Assembly: GCF_009914755.1 (NCBI RefSeq)
Contig: NC_060933.1
DNA: 64,000 bases
Reading direction: 5' to 3' (one strand)
Source: the human T2T-CHM13v2.0 reference genome, Homo sapiens
The notes beneath the pieces are model-generated. The model searched no databases, had not been told where the DNA came from, and was given only the letters and a program-made list of their open reading frames with translations. The position numbers and the translations under genes were made by a program. Each line of letters starts with the position of its first letter. The first letter of the stretch is position 1. Below are positions 14,200 through 29,459 of this stretch, one piece after another.

Positions 14200-14365
14200 A
14201 AATCATTTAGTGTTTATGACAACTCTGAAAAATAAGTATTTCCATTTTACAGATGTGAAGCCTAAGTCTCAAAGAGTTATCCAACATCATCCAGAAGTGT
14301 GGGGACCCCACAATATCCAAGGGAACCTGGCCCCAAAACTCATGATCTTTCCCCTTTACTGTGCT
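14200..14365 (-). mobile_element. MIR
   Basis: ccattttacagatgtgaagcctaagtctcaaagagtta. Confidence 0.7.
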
Positions 14366-15094
14366 GCCTCTTCAAGACTGAGAATCTGTCCTTGATGGGA
14401 TTTGTTCAGGTACCATGTCAGGATGACTGTCTACGTAATGGAAGCCCTGTCGCCAGCTTTTCAGCTTCCTTTCAAATTCCCCCAACTCCTTCTTTTTTCA
14501 CGCAGCAACTTGTCTCTTTCCATGGAAATGCTGGGGATTTAAAGAAGGCGGGGACTCAGCTTTGCTTCCACTGCGCAGCCCCAGATACAGGCTGCAGGAG
14601 TCCCAGCCACCTCCCTCTCATCATGCTTTCTTCCAGGGACAGAGTTATGGCCCCTAGGAGAGGTTTTGTTCCACCGGAACAGTCAGTTACTAATGAGCTC
14701 ATGCTGCTTTTCCACCCCTGGGTCCCCAGCCATCCTCCAACCCTGATCTCCTAGGTCACCTTCATCTGGCAGCTGGAGACTGGTGGGAGTGTGTGTACAT
14801 GTGGTGCTTAGCCTAGACGCTTCAGCATGCCCGTAGATTTCCCATGAATTCACTGGGTATGAGCCAGCCCCAAAGGAGAGGGCTTTAGCCTCTTGGACCA
14901 CTGCCCAAAACAGACAAGCCTAGCCTCAGTACCTCAGGCCCTGTGGTTCCCTCTCTTCTGGGGAAAAGCCAATTTCTGATGGGCCACTAAGCTCTGGTCT
15001 TTTTCTGCCAGAATCCCAGGACCCTCTGCTAATCCGGTTCCTATTGCACAGATGATTGCATAATACCACAGGAATTCAAATGGGGAACATCAAT

Positions 15095-15330
15095 ATCATA
15101 GGAGTGAGCACTTACTGGGAACTTACAAGATACTCTTATATACTTTATTTGGGTGACTGTATGTGCTGCTTGCAATAACCCATAAGGTAGATACAATTAT
15201 TATCTCTGTTTTATAGTAAGAAAATTAAAGCTTATGGGGGTATGTAATTTGCCCATCTTCCTACAATTGAAAGTGATAGGGACAGGATATTACCCTAGGA
15301 GCCTGACTTCAGAGCCTGTGACCCTAATGA
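15095..15330 (-). mobile_element. MIR
   Basis: caataacccataaggtagatacaattattatctctgttttatag...cctgacttcagagcctgtg. Confidence 0.75.
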
Positions 15331-15354
15331 CCAACATGCAGGGAGAGAAGCTGT

Positions 15355-15598
15355 TGTTTGAGCACCCACTGTGTGCCAGGCACTGGGCTGAACACTGTGC
15401 ATGGATTAACTTAGTGACTCCTGCCAACTAGCCTCTGAAGTATGTACTATTATTATCCCTATCTTACAGAAGAGAAAACTGAGATTTAGAGAAGTTATGA
15501 GATTTTCTGGGTCACACAGTGAGCAAGTTGCAGATCGGGATTAAAGTCCCAGACAGTTGAACTTCTGAGTACGCTTCCCTTGGCACCATGTTATACCA
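15355..15598 (-). mobile_element. MIR
   Basis: ttgagcacccactgtgtgccaggcactg...attatccctatcttacagaagagaaaactgag. Confidence 0.85.
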
Positions 15599-15600
15599 TC

Positions 15601-16097
15601 TGTGCTGGGCTGAATAGTGTCCCCCCAAAATTGAATAATGTCCCCCCAAAATTCGTGTATACCCTGAACATTAGAATGTGATCTTACTTGGTATTACTTG
15701 GTATAGGGTGTTGTAGAAATAATCAAATAAAGATGAGGTCATACTGCATCAGGGTAGACCCTAAATTCAATGACCAGGATTTTTATAAGTGAAAGGAGAG
15801 GCGGATTCAGAGAAAAAGACACAGACACACACAGAGAGAAGACAGCCATGTGAAGACACAAGCATAAATTGAAGTGACACAGCTACAAGCCAAGGAATGC
15901 CAAAAATTGCTGGTAACCACCAGAAGTAGGAAGAGGCAAAGGGGAATTTTTTTCCAGAGACCTTGGCGGGAGCATGGCCATGCCAACAACTTGATATCAG
16001 ACTTGTAATCCCTACATCTATGACAGAATAAATTTGTGTTATTTTAAGCCACTAAGTATGTGCTAATTTCTTATGGCAACCCTAGGACATTGATGTG
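15601..16097 (+). mobile_element. MaLR solo LTR (MLT1B/C-like)
   Basis: tgtgctgggctgaatagtgtcccccc...agaataaatttgtgttattttaagccac; 5-bp flanks ccatc/ccatt. Confidence 0.9.
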
Positions 16098-18189
16098 CCA
16101 TTGGAGTAGCCTGTTACCACTTTGAGAACAGGAAGCTCACTTTGATGCTCCCTAAAAGATTTTTTTTTGGCTCCAAGAAATATGATTCCATTAATCTTAA
16201 TTAAACAAAAAGAGGGCCCTGGAGATCCTGAGATGAACAATTATGGGAAGCCACGGCCATCGATGGGGTCAAGCAGCATGAATCCCTCCATCATGACATT
16301 GGGTTCTCTGGAACAGGGGAGAAGGGCCTGAGTTTTCCAGCAAGGTGGCATTGGACGAATCCATTAATCTTTTAGACTCAGTGTTCATATCTATAAAAGG
16401 GGGATAATTCTATCCTTGCAATGGCAAAGGCTGAATAAAGTAGTGGATATACCATGCTTCACACATAGCAGAGCAAAATATATGCATTAGACTTCCACCC
16501 CCATTCTCAGGGGAGTTCCTTTGAAAGTGGTGGTATTTTTGGAAAGATGTTCCCAATAGGTGAGGGGCCAAGGCTCTTTGGGCTTTAGGGCAGATCCGTT
16601 GGGTTCTATGGGGATGTTTGTTCAACAGACCTGTGCTTGTGCTGGAGGGGTGTTAGTGAGGATTCTGCAGATCAATGTAGCCAAACATTTACTGACCCTT
16701 CACTATGTCCTGGGCACAGGGCTAGGGGCCATAGTAGGAGAGGAAACCCCCAAAAGCTGTGTGCCAGATTGGGTTTGCTTGCTCTGCGGTGGAGTTTAGC
16801 TGTACCTTTCTATATTTAGATTCTATCTTTGTCAAGCAAGATGACTTGTTTGACAGGGCTCTGGTTTTTCATCTCTGAAAAGCTACTCATCCACAGAGCT
16901 TGGGATTGAGGGGAGAGGAAAGGGGGAGGAGATCTGGCTTCTCTCCCCAACTCTGAACAGATGGGATCAGAATAGGGCCCTTCTACATCCCTAGCCAAGA
17001 TGCCTGGGCCTTGGCAGTTGTCCCAGGACATAGACAATGGGGTCTGATGGCAGCTTCTCAGACCTGGCTTTCCCTGGGCAAGAGGCTTTTCCTGAGGCTG
17101 GCAATGCCATTTCTTCAGACTCAGAAAAGGGATTTAGGGAGAGGGAAATGGGGACTGCAATGAGGCAACTCTTGACAGCTTACCCTGGAAAACTAGGACA
17201 CAGCTTGTGGGAGCCCAGCCCAGCAGCTCTGCCATCTGACCCTTCTTCTGCCTCTGCCAGGACTACTGTCCTGGAAGACAGGCAGAAATGGCCCAGGGAC
17301 ACTGGTCTCCTGGGTGCTGAAAAGAGAGACCAGGGTCTGGGAAAAGGGGTGAGGAGTGAGGGGAGAAGGGACAGGTTGCTGGGATGGTGCAGGTAGCTAA
17401 TCTGGTATTTCTCTTTTTGGTGAAGCAGGGCTTTGGGGATAGGCAGGAGCAGGTAGCTTCTGAGCACAGCCACCATAGAAAAGATTTAACATTAGGTAGG
17501 GGAAGAAGTTTATGTGCTCATACATCTTAGATACAGACTTAAAAAAATGAAGGGATCAGATCCTAAAGAGGCTTTCAGAGGTGCTTGAGCCCAGACTCCG
17601 GCCTTCAGAAAGATGAATTTCAAAACCACCCAGGGAGGATCACTGAACGACAATCCCTCCATTCATCTCCTGTTGACTCCATAATCGAAGCCACTTTTAT
17701 TCCCCATAAGCCCTCAGCTCCCGCCCTTTCTAAGTAGATGACTTACCCTGTTCTTCATTGAAATTAAGTCCATCTGGCATGATCTCCCTTGACTTCTTTC
17801 CTCTCTTTTTGAACATGTGTTGATCCTCAGCCCAGCAGATTGTAAACTCCTCAAGGGCAGGTGCCCTGTTTTAATCCTTGTCTGTGTCCACATAATCAGG
17901 CATAAAAACAAGGGGAGGGGAAGAATAGAGAGGAAGAAGGAGGGAGGGACAGAGAGAAAAAGGGAAAGGGAGATAACGTAAATAGAGAAAAATGCAACAA
18001 CATAATGGAGAAACACACAGAAAGAAAATCAGAAACAGAACCCCAAGGCATAAAAAAAAAATCCCTGTTATGTGCTAGGCACAGTGTTACAGGGATGTTA
18101 AATGCATTTAGGAGGGGAAAGCAAACAACCAAATACGTCATTGAATTTTCTGTGCAAACTGCTAAGGGCAATAAATGTTGGTTGCCACC

Positions 18190-19050
18190 TATAAAACAAC
18201 TCATAGATGAACACAGATAAAACCAGTAATTTTTCCTTTCCCTATACACACCTACTTGACCCCCTCCACATTGTAATAAATATCAACGATTAAGTGTGTT
18301 AGCTTTTACCTACCTGGTTTTTCTATATGCTTGTACAAACATTAAGTTTCTTTTTATTCTATTTCTTTTACAAAAAACAATATTCTACTGTAACCATTTA
18401 CTCTGCATTTTGTCTTTTTCTCTAACACTATATCACAGACATCTTTTTTAGCCAATACACATAGATCTAACTAATTCATTTAATATGTAAGCTGCTCTCC
18501 ATGAAAGATATATATCAGAATTATTCTACTATTGACAGACATCTAGGTTGTTTCCAGACCCTTTTTATGCTACAATAAACAATTATCTAATCAAAATATT
18601 TGACTATATATTTATGTATACTGGTGTTTTCATTTCTGTACACTGGTTTCCTTCAAGTAGGATTTCTGGGCTAAACAGATATAATTTTTAAGTTTTATTA
18701 CATGCTGCCAGCTTAATTTCCAAAAATGCTGCAGCAATTTATTTCTCACTGGCAATATGAGAGAGTTTTATTTTCTTGTACCCTCATCAGCAACTAGGTG
18801 GAATTGATCTTTAGTTTTCATGCATTGGATGGGTGAAAATGTGAATTCATTTTTTCAATTTGCGTTTCTCTAAAACCTAGTGAAGTCTAATTCTACCTTA
18901 GGCTTGTATTGGCCACTGGGATTTTCTTTTCTGATTGTTTCTGTTTATATACTTCCCACTTCCCCACCATTTCTTGACCTGTACTGTGATGTTCCACTTT
19001 TTCTTATCAATTTGTAAGGGCTCATTATATATTATGTATTATGCATATAT
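18190..19050 (-). mobile_element. Ancient LINE-1 3' fragment (L1ME-like)
   Basis: ctattgacagacatctaggttgtttccag...caagtaggatttctgggctaaa...atttgcgtttctctaa. Confidence 0.65.
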
Positions 19051-19064
19051 TAATTACTCTTTAG

Positions 19065-19946
<882 letters not shown>

Positions 19947-19984
19947 CTTTGGAACAATCTAAGGAGTTGGTTGATGGCATCTCT

Positions 19985-20120
19985 ATTTTGTGTCCTTTTC
20001 AGGAATGAAGAAACTGAAGCTTAGAGAGGTTGATTTGTTCAGATCAGAGAATTAGAAAGTGACAGAATTAGGATTTGAACCCAGGTCTCCCTTGCTCAAA
20101 TCCTGAAATTTTCTCTCTCC
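19985..20120 (-). mobile_element. MIR
   Basis: atgaagaaactgaagcttagagaggtt...ggatttgaacccaggtct. Confidence 0.75.
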
Positions 20121-20199
20121 AGAAATCTGATATGATTCACTCATTGATCCAAATTTTTAATGTGCTTGAAGCCTCAGAGAATTCTGAGAATTCTGAATT

Positions 20200-20615
20200 G
20201 CAACCTTTCAACGTTGCCTTCAATTTCCCTATTGATTATTCTCTCTCCTATATATTTAATCTCTTCCTCTCCACTATATATTTCTCTAGCTCATAAAAAT
20301 GTTCAATTCTTATCTTAAAAGGAGCAGAGGGAAAATCCCTTGACTTTAATAATCTTTTAAGTCATTTTGCTACTACTCTCCTTTTTGCCACAAACTTCAT
20401 AGTTTGCTATCTGCCCTTCCTCATCTCCAATTATGACTCCAACACTCATTGTAATCCAGCCTCCTATGCTCTGCTGAAATGGTTTTCACCAAGGCTAAGA
20501 AATAATTTTCTAATTATAAATTTCAAGGTTTCTTTTAGGATCCCCATACAACTTGCCCTTGTGTATACTAGAATTGCATGTACTAGATGCTCAATGCATG
20601 TTTAGGAACTAATTG
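20200..20615 (+). mobile_element. L2 fragments
   Basis: ctctgctgaaatggttttcaccaaggcta...tagatgctcaatgcatgttt. Confidence 0.55.
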
Positions 20616-20854
20616 GCTCTGCTTGTCTGTCCCCAGCAACTTTCCTCAATTCCAGGCCCATGTTAGTTTCTAGCTGCCTTGTGAGCATTGCTAACTGAAT
20701 AAAGTTTGAAAAAGACTTGATTTGCTGTGTGAATAAATTTTCCTGACTGCCTCTGAACTCCACATGCCCAACCCTAAGTCCCCTCCTCCCCCATTGTATT
20801 GGTCAGGGATCTTCAGAGAAACAAAACCAATAGGATAGAAAGATAGATAAATAG

Positions 20855-21316
<462 letters not shown>

Positions 21317-22054
21317 TTATCTGTAAGACAGAAGCCCAGGTTAGCCTGAATTGCAGTTCCAGTCTAAACATGAAAGCCCAAGAACCAGGAGTGCTGATTT
21401 CTAAGGCAGGAGGAGATGGTTGTCCTAGTTCAGACAAAGAGAAAATTTGCTCTTCCTCCCCTTTTCGCTCTATCTAAGCCCTCAAGGGATTGGATGATGC
21501 CCACCCATGTTGGTGAGAGTGGTATTCTCTCATTGATTCAAATGCTAATCTCTTCCAGAAACACCATCACAGACACCCCCAGAAATAATATTTTATCAGC
21601 TATCTGGACAGGACATCCCTTAGCCCAGTTATGTAGACACATAAAATTAACCAACAACACTTGCTTCCCACTGTTTTTCCTTTTTTTGTGGTTTAGTAAA
21701 AATGCAGACCTTTAAATTTATCTAAAACTAGATTTGAATAATTCCCTATGGAAATTATTCAGTTTTTCAAATTATTAAATTATTCAATGGGAAAGTAATT
21801 TATTCTGAGCCTCCCTTTGTTAACCTCCAAAGTGAAATAAGAAGAAGTATATTTAATGGCTGTTTTAAGAATTAAATAACAGCGGTCATGGAAAATACCT
21901 AGCATATGGCTTGGTACTTAGCAGGATTGAAAATCTGAAGATAATGTAAGTTGCCATCACCATCACTGCCATCATTCTCATCAGCATTATGATCACTATC
22001 ACCTTATGCCCCAAATAGACCTGCTTCTCCCTTTTCTATTGAAAAAAAAATGTG

Positions 22055-22295
22055 CTTTAGTGGAAAAAGTGGTGGATTTAGGGTCAGAAAAACATGCATT
22101 CAAAACCGAACCATAAATTTACTCTACAACTTTGGGCAAATAACTTTATGCCTCTGAGCCTCTGTTCCCTCCTCCACAAAAGGGGAACCTTATCAGTCAC
22201 CCATAATGGAGTCACTAATGATGCACTAGCTGAGAAAGCACTTTATAAATTATACATTGCAACACAAATGTAAGTTCTAGCTTGCAGTTTATTAT
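22055..22295 (+). mobile_element. MIR
   Basis: tagtggaaaaagtggtggatttagggtcaga...ctttgggcaaataactttatgcctctgagcctctgttccctc. Confidence 0.7.
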
Positions 22296-23529
22296 TGCAA
22301 GTAGTAGTCCATAGGGGCTACGATTCTCACAGGAGAAAAGTTCAAAGTTATCTTTGACATCAGCTTCCATCACATCAAAGGCACAATGTCCACTTTTCCA
22401 TTCCTAACCTTGCTCACACTGGTCAGAGTACACTGGATCAGGAAGCACTTCCTTTGGTTTGCATTTACCCTGGACTTGGAATTCACATTTAACCCCCAGC
22501 AGGGCAAGAGATTTAGCCCCATGGGTGCTATCCCAGCATCTTTTCCTAACACCATATGCTGTTTACTTGCTTGATAAGGTTTTCTAACAAGGTGAGAATA
22601 CTTTCTGACTATCTCCATATCTTAATGGAAAATTCTCCTTCAACTTTTCAGACACTTTATCTGTGATTAAATATTAACACTCCCAACCAGCATTTTTTTA
22701 TTGGAAAGTGTAAAATATTACAAGTTGCTCTCCTGTTGTCTATTCATGTGACTTCCTGAAGCCAGCGGAAGATTGGGAAACTGATTAGAGATACACAGAA
22801 CATTAAAAAGAGCTGGGAATGCAGAAGTTGGAGTGTGAGAAAGAAGAAAGAAGACCAGAATGCTGACACACCCTTTGATAACGGCAAGTGCTGGCTTGGA
22901 GCTGCTCTTTTTTATGCTTGGATTGGCAGATACTTCTTGCTGTTCTCAGATATCCTATCACCAACTGATGTGCCCCCTTGAGATTTATTGATATGAGTCA
23001 CAAAACAGGGGACTAAAATGCAACTCTCAGGAGGATGTTGTAACCAGAATCTGTTTTTAATGCAAAATCTTTAACTCACCAACTTATCCATCTCCAGAAA
23101 AAGGTCTCCCTGTCCAAATGGCCTGCATCAGAACTCAGTGAAATGTAGAGGGCAGAGGAAGGAGTTCACTTTAACCGACAGCATTCACCATTTTTTTATG
23201 GTGGTATTCGTCTAAGTGACAAAGCCAGAAGGCAAACCTATACTTCTTTCTGACTTTTTATTGCGTTTCATCCCAGTGGGAACCAGCAGATGAGGGAGAA
23301 CACACACACAAAAATCCTTCGAATGGTGAAATGTGCTTAAGACTTTTTTCAGAACGAGGGAGGAAAAAAGTGATCAACAAATATGATTCAAGTTTGTTAT
23401 AGTTTGAAAAAAATGTTGAAGCTTGACTTCTGCAAATTCTACATGACTTGTGTGGATCCAGTTAGAAATGAAGGGACAAATGGAAGCAGCTGCTGTGGCT
23501 TGCATTTTGGCTTAATATAAGAGAAGTAA

Positions 23530-23714
23530 GCATATGGAACTGTGTAAAGAAGGAGTTAGCTTACAAGGTGGTGAGATCCCCATCACCAGAGGTATTCAAG
23601 TATAGGTCTAACAGCCATTTGGTGGAGGAGTCATAGAGATAATTTAAACATTGGAGAGGAAGTTGGGTGGATGGCCTCTAAAGACGTTTCTAGGCTTAGG
23701 AGTCTATGATTCTC
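23530..23714 (+). mobile_element. L3/CR1 3' end
   Basis: gtggtgagatccccatcaccagaggtattcaag...ggatggcctctaaaga...ctatgattct. Confidence 0.8.
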
Positions 23715-24247
23715 TAAGGTGAATTCAAAGAAGAAAAAGTTCCTGTTGTCATTATCTAGTAAACCACATTGCAGAATTTAAAAAAAAATTGATTCTTTGA
23801 ATGATGACTCAAAGTGCGATTCTGATAAAATTTTCTCTAATCATTCAACATTATTGAAATGAAGTTGATTTAATTGAACCTGTAAAAGAGATTGCATTTT
23901 CTAATCATACCTCATCTGTAGATGCTTATTATTCAAAGAAAGCCATATACAATTTCAAGCACCCTTCATTAAAATAATATATATAATCTTAGATGCCTTT
24001 CTCCCCTAGTGATTATTCTAAAGTGGCTCTGGTCTTTCTACCATTTCTCATGCATAGGAAATATTTTCTTTTTAGCACTGAACAAAGGTAAATTTGAAAT
24101 AATTCATCAACAGCTACACCAGTAATAACTTGAACAATATCTTTGTATTTTGGAGGTAAATGCTAAAACTCAACATCTGGATGGAATTATGTGAAGGTTC
24201 CTAGAATTCATAGCAACATCAAGAATAATTCTGGGCTATATTTATTC

Positions 24248-24843
24248 TTTTTTTGTTTTGTTTTATTATTATACTTTAAGTTTTAGGGTACATGTGCACA
24301 ACGTGCAGGTTTGTTACATATGTATACATGTGCCATGTTGGTGTGCTGCACCCATTAGCTCGTCATTTAGCACTAGGTATATCTCCTAATGCTATCCCTC
24401 CCCACTCCCCCCACCCCACAACAGTCCCCAGTGTGTGATGTTCCCCTTCCTGTGTCCATGTGTTCTCATTTTTCAATTCCCACCTATGAGTGAGAACATG
24501 CAGTGTTTGGTTTTATATCCTTGCGATAGTTTGCTGAGAATGATGGTTTCCAGTTTCATCCATGTCCCTACAAAGGACATGAACTCATCCTTTTTTATGG
24601 CTGCATAGTATTCCATGGTGTATAAGTGCCACATTTTCTTAATCCAGTCTATCATTGTTGGACATTTAGGTTGGTTCCAAGTCTTTGCTATTGTGAGTAG
24701 TGCTGCTATAAACATACGTGTGCATGTGTCTTTATAGCAGCATGATTTATAATCCTTTGGGTATATACCCAGTAATGGGATGGCTGGGTCAAATGGTATT
24801 TCTAGTTCTAGATCCCCGAGGAATCGCCACACTGACTTAATGG
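24248..24843 (-). mobile_element. L1PA3/4-like 3' end, 5'-truncated (~0.6 kb)
   Basis: High-identity L1 3'UTR plus ORF2 C-terminus (ORF 24473-24832: EIPFDPAIPLLGIYPKDYKSCCYKDTCTRMFIAAL). Confidence 0.97.
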
Positions 24844-25299
24844 AAGAAGTTTGAGGGCGATTAAATTATATGTCTTAATCAGTCTGATTTAATATGACTA
24901 GTGGATAGAAAGAATTTTCATTTATTCACAAAAGACAACCATCTGAGCCAGTCAAGCTTATAATTAGTGAGAAATAACCCTCAGAAATTAGTGTGCATCT
25001 CATATGTGAAGAAGAGTTTACTCAAATAATACACAACCTATTTACCTTGAATTTTTCATTTCTTGTAAAATGTATTTTTATTTTAAGCCATTAAACTGTG
25101 TAATATTTGAATGAAAAAAAAAGAAGAAAAAGGGTTGCAGACATCAGTAGTGAAATTATAGCAATTTTCTTATCTCCTTTTGATCCAAATGGAAATGAGT
25201 TCTGATCACTTTACTGAGAGGGTATATATCCCATCCCATGATGGGAGGGTCTAATATTAATAATATTAATACTAACGACAAGCACTGTGACAATGGATA

Positions 25300-25960
25300 A
25301 TTTAGATTTAGTTTTGGCTATGTGCCAAGCACTGTGTTAAGCATTTTCCAAGCAATATCTTCACTTCTCAGAATAACCCTATAAGGAAAAAACTGTAATT
25401 ATTCCTATTTAGAGTTGAGGGAGCTGAAATTCAAATAAGTTGTATAAGGTCACTAGGACCTCCTTTATAGTTGGAAAAATTGTAGCCCAGAAAGTTAAAT
25501 GAGTTATCCAAAGATTCAGCACATCTTTGAGGCAGAAGTATCAGAAAGGAGAAAAGGGCTTGGAGTTAGAAGACTGGAGCTCTTAAGTTCTAGGTATTTA
25601 CTGTCAGTATACGTCCATCAGTGTGCTAGTTACATCATCTCATTTCATTGCACAACAACTTTGGAAGAGTGATATTATTTTTGTCTCCTTTTTATAGATA
25701 AGGAAACTGAAGATCAGATAAGTCAAGTAACTCCCCCAACATTGCACAGCAAAACAGAGGTAAAACACAACATTTTTAGGCTGATTGCCCTGTTAGTACA
25801 CAGAAAACTTCTCTACTTTAGTCAGATCTCAGGAAAGTCACTCAACATCTTTTAGCCTTGGCTCTCTCATTTGTAAGCATCCCTGTTTCGTCAATTGTCC
25901 AGGGTTGTTAGAGATCCCAATAGTGCAGATAGAAGTATTTTGTGAATTAAGTGTAGTGTC
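25300..25960. mobile_element. Cluster of 3-4 MIR fragments
   Basis: Repeated MIR cores, e.g. ctatgtgccaagcactgtgttaagc and tttatagataaggaaactgaag. Confidence 0.7.
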
Positions 25961-26134
25961 CCTAATTATTACAAGCTCCTGGGTCTCCCGATTATAAAGC
26001 CTGGGGGAGTTCCTTACTTGCTACTGGATTTCTAGTCTCTGAAAGTGGTACCTGGAGGCCAGGGCCTGGAGTTTCTGAAAGTGGGACAGTGGTCCCAATG
26101 TGCCAGGACCACAGTGGGTAGGACCCTGTACCTG

Positions 26135-26495
26135 TGTATTAGTTTATTTTCACACTGCTATAAAGAATACCTGAGACTGGGTAATTGATGCAGGAAAGAG
26201 GTTTAATTGACTCATGATTTCACATGACTGGGAAGCCTCAGGAAACTACAGTTGTGGAGAAGGCAAAGGGGAAGCAAGCACCTTCTTCACAGGGTGGCAG
26301 GAGAGATAGATTGTGCAGGGGAAACTGCCACTTTTAAACCATCAGATCTCATGAGAACTCCCTCACTATCACAAGAGTAGCATGGGGGAAGCCACCCCCA
26401 TGATCCAATCACCTCCCATCAGGCCCCTTCCTTGACACGTGGGGATTACGATTCGAGATGAGATTTGGGTGGGGACACAGGGCCAAACCATATCA
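26135..26495 (-). mobile_element. THE1D-like solo LTR
   Basis: tgtattagt...ccaaaccatatca termini; perfect 5-bp TSD ACCTG. Confidence 0.95.
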
Positions 26496-26503
26496 ACCTG
26501 TAA

Positions 26504-26902
<399 letters not shown>

Positions 26903-27344
26903 TGAAAACATACTTTGAATGAGTTCGGCATAATGGGAACAAGGCCTCCCAACTTGTCGAGAGAGGGTTCTCTCTCACACAAGTGGTGGTGTCTCTTTGG
27001 CCTTGTTTGTACCTGAACACTATTTGTAGTGAAGCTTCTTCCAGTGCCTCTGCCTGGAAGGTGCTTCCACTTTGGCTTCTGCCCTGAAACCTCTTCTATA
27101 TGCTTCTGGTTTGGAGGACAGAATCTATGTGCTAAGGTCCCTAAAGGTATGCCTTCTTTCCTCTCTGGCATTTGTAAACATTTTTCCTTAATACATTCAA
27201 TATTAGATACATTATTCTCAAAATGTGGACTCTACTGAAAGGCCAAGTGGTTGAAGTTTTCAGAGGCCTTGCAATGGTCTGCAACACAGAGAGCCCTACG
27301 ACTGGCAGTCAGAAGACCTCGCATTTTACTCCTGGCTCTGCCAG

Positions 27345-27985
27345 GGGAATTTATGTTCATTGAACAATTCCTTATCTACTGAGAAGATAGAAATGCAGTA
27401 ACAGAAGTGCTTGCAAGAATGAAGCATGGAATGAAGAGCTCAGAGCAGGCACTTGATCCATCCTGGAGTAAAGGATTGCAGACAGTGAAGACTTCCTGGA
27501 AGAGGTGTGATGAAGCTGAAAATGGAAAGTCAAAGTTAGCAGGTGAACAGGTAGAGGAATGGCATTCGGTAGAGGGAACAGCGTGTTGAAAGACACAGAC
27601 TGGCAGTGAAAAGGCCTGGTGCATTCAGTAACCAAACATCATTGGGTGTGGCTGGAGCATAGGGAATCTCAAAATATGGTGAGGCTGGAGCATGAAGAAT
27701 CTTGTATTTTAGGTAGAGGAGTGTGCCTTTCTTTTAACATCAATGAGGAGTCATCAGAGAGCATCAATTCATCGGGGAATAGGAAAGGTGAATACCAAAA
27801 AGGCCACTCTGTCGGCCTTTTAACTGCAGAAAAGAATTCTGCAGTTTGAAGGGCAGATTGCAAGGGGCAGGACAGACTGAAACTAGCCAGGACTAGTGCA
27901 TACATAATACCAGTAGAGGACAGATGAGGCCTAATTTAATGAAGGAGTGGGAAAGAAGATGAAGTAAGAATTTCAGGGTACAACT
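27345..27985 (-). mobile_element. L2
   Basis: gaagacttcctggaagaggtg...agagggaacagcgtgttgaaagacacaga...gggtgtggctggagcat. Confidence 0.75.
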
Positions 27986-28769
27986 TGCTTCTTGGGGTTC
28001 ATTTGTAAAATGTAGGTGTCCCTGTGGTCTAGACCCTCCATCTTTTCACTACTAAGTCTTCCTTCTGTGACTTTTCTCTCCATAGATTCCCAGTATTTCA
28101 AGAGGTTATGTCTACCAACTTACATTTATTTGAGGATAATTAGTTTTCCAATAAGTACCAATTTTAGTTGATATAATTCCCACCAAAAGCAATTAAAGTC
28201 TGATTTTATTGGGGAGATATATGATTCCCGTTAGCATTTTTGAAATATTGAAAAGAGTTCATGGACTGCCATTATGCCTTCTGGACTCTTCTTGCCAGAG
28301 TGGGTGAAGCAGAGAGTTTGGAAACCACTCGATCTATTTATCCATAATAAGATTCACCTCTGATATTTGAAGTCTAGGAAATAACTCTCTTCAATAAGGA
28401 CTGTGTAAGTTGCAAATCACAGTATGCAAATCATTAGTGTGAGGGACTGTTATAACTCATGATTATGAAAATTCTCCCAAAATAATAGACCTCAAACGCG
28501 TGATGTGGTAAGATGGGAGCTACTATCATTTAACATACGAGAAACTGGAGGCTCAAAGAGGTTGAACATTTGGTTTGAAAACAGCAAATAAGCAGAAATC
28601 GCAGCAACTGCTTTCCCTGCTTGACTTCCTTGGGCACCTGCTGATTTTAAAGAATGTTTGAAGTCATGATCTCCCCACCTTCCAACCTTCCCATTTAGCA
28701 GAAAATGATTCATTCCTTGGTGTAAGGGAGGAAGGAATCAAATACTGAGGCTAATAAGAGACACAAAGG

Positions 28770-29070
28770 GGCCACGTGTGGTGGCTCACGCCCATAATTC
28801 CAGCACTTTGGTAGACCGAGGCGAGTGGATCACCTGAGGTCAGGAGTTTGAGACCAGCCTGGCCAACATGGCGAAACCCCATCTCCACTAAAAATACAAA
28901 AATTTGCTGGGCGTGGTGGTGCACATCTGTAATCCCAGTTACTCAGGAGACTGAGGCAGGAGAATCACTTGAACCCAGCAAATAGAGGTTGCAGTGAGTC
29001 TAGATGGCACCACTGCACTCCACCCTGGGTGACAGAGCGAGACTCAGTCTCCAAGAAAAAAAAAATAAAA
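28770..29070 (+). mobile_element. AluSx-like
   Basis: Full dimer; TSD aagagacacaaagg / aaaagacgcaaagg. Confidence 0.96.
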
Positions 29071-29459
29071 GACGCAAAGGGAGCAAAGGGCATTGTGGGA
29101 ATTTATCAGTGGAATTAACCTCAGGGGTGGGGAATAGAGGAGATTGCCTGCACCCAATCCCAGGGTAAGTGAGGAGTTGGGAGATGCTGCAGAGCAAGAT
29201 CATGCATGGTTAGGGAAGGAGTTTCGACATCATTCAATTCAGCACCCTTGGGGGTGGAGACTGAAGACACGATTACAAAACCAGTAAGTGGCTGGGGTGA
29301 AATTAAAGCCCTCTACAAATCTGAAGTGCTTATGGAAGGAATAAATGGATTCTGACCTTAAATATCAAGGTGTACTTACCTACAACTTGTTTGAAATGGA
29401 AAAAGCACATTGTAGGCTAATAGATTTAATATGATTCTATTTATATATTAAAGAAATAG

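Noticed and set aside
14299-14754. 151-aa ORF as a novel protein
   Set aside because: Starts inside a MIR at a non-ATG codon, with no domain-like features or splice support.
29365-29385. Perfect minus-strand donor (gtag|gtaagt); similar ones near 5610 and 17741
   Set aside because: Isolated 9-mers are expected by chance in 64 kb, and I found no convincing paired acceptor or reading frame.
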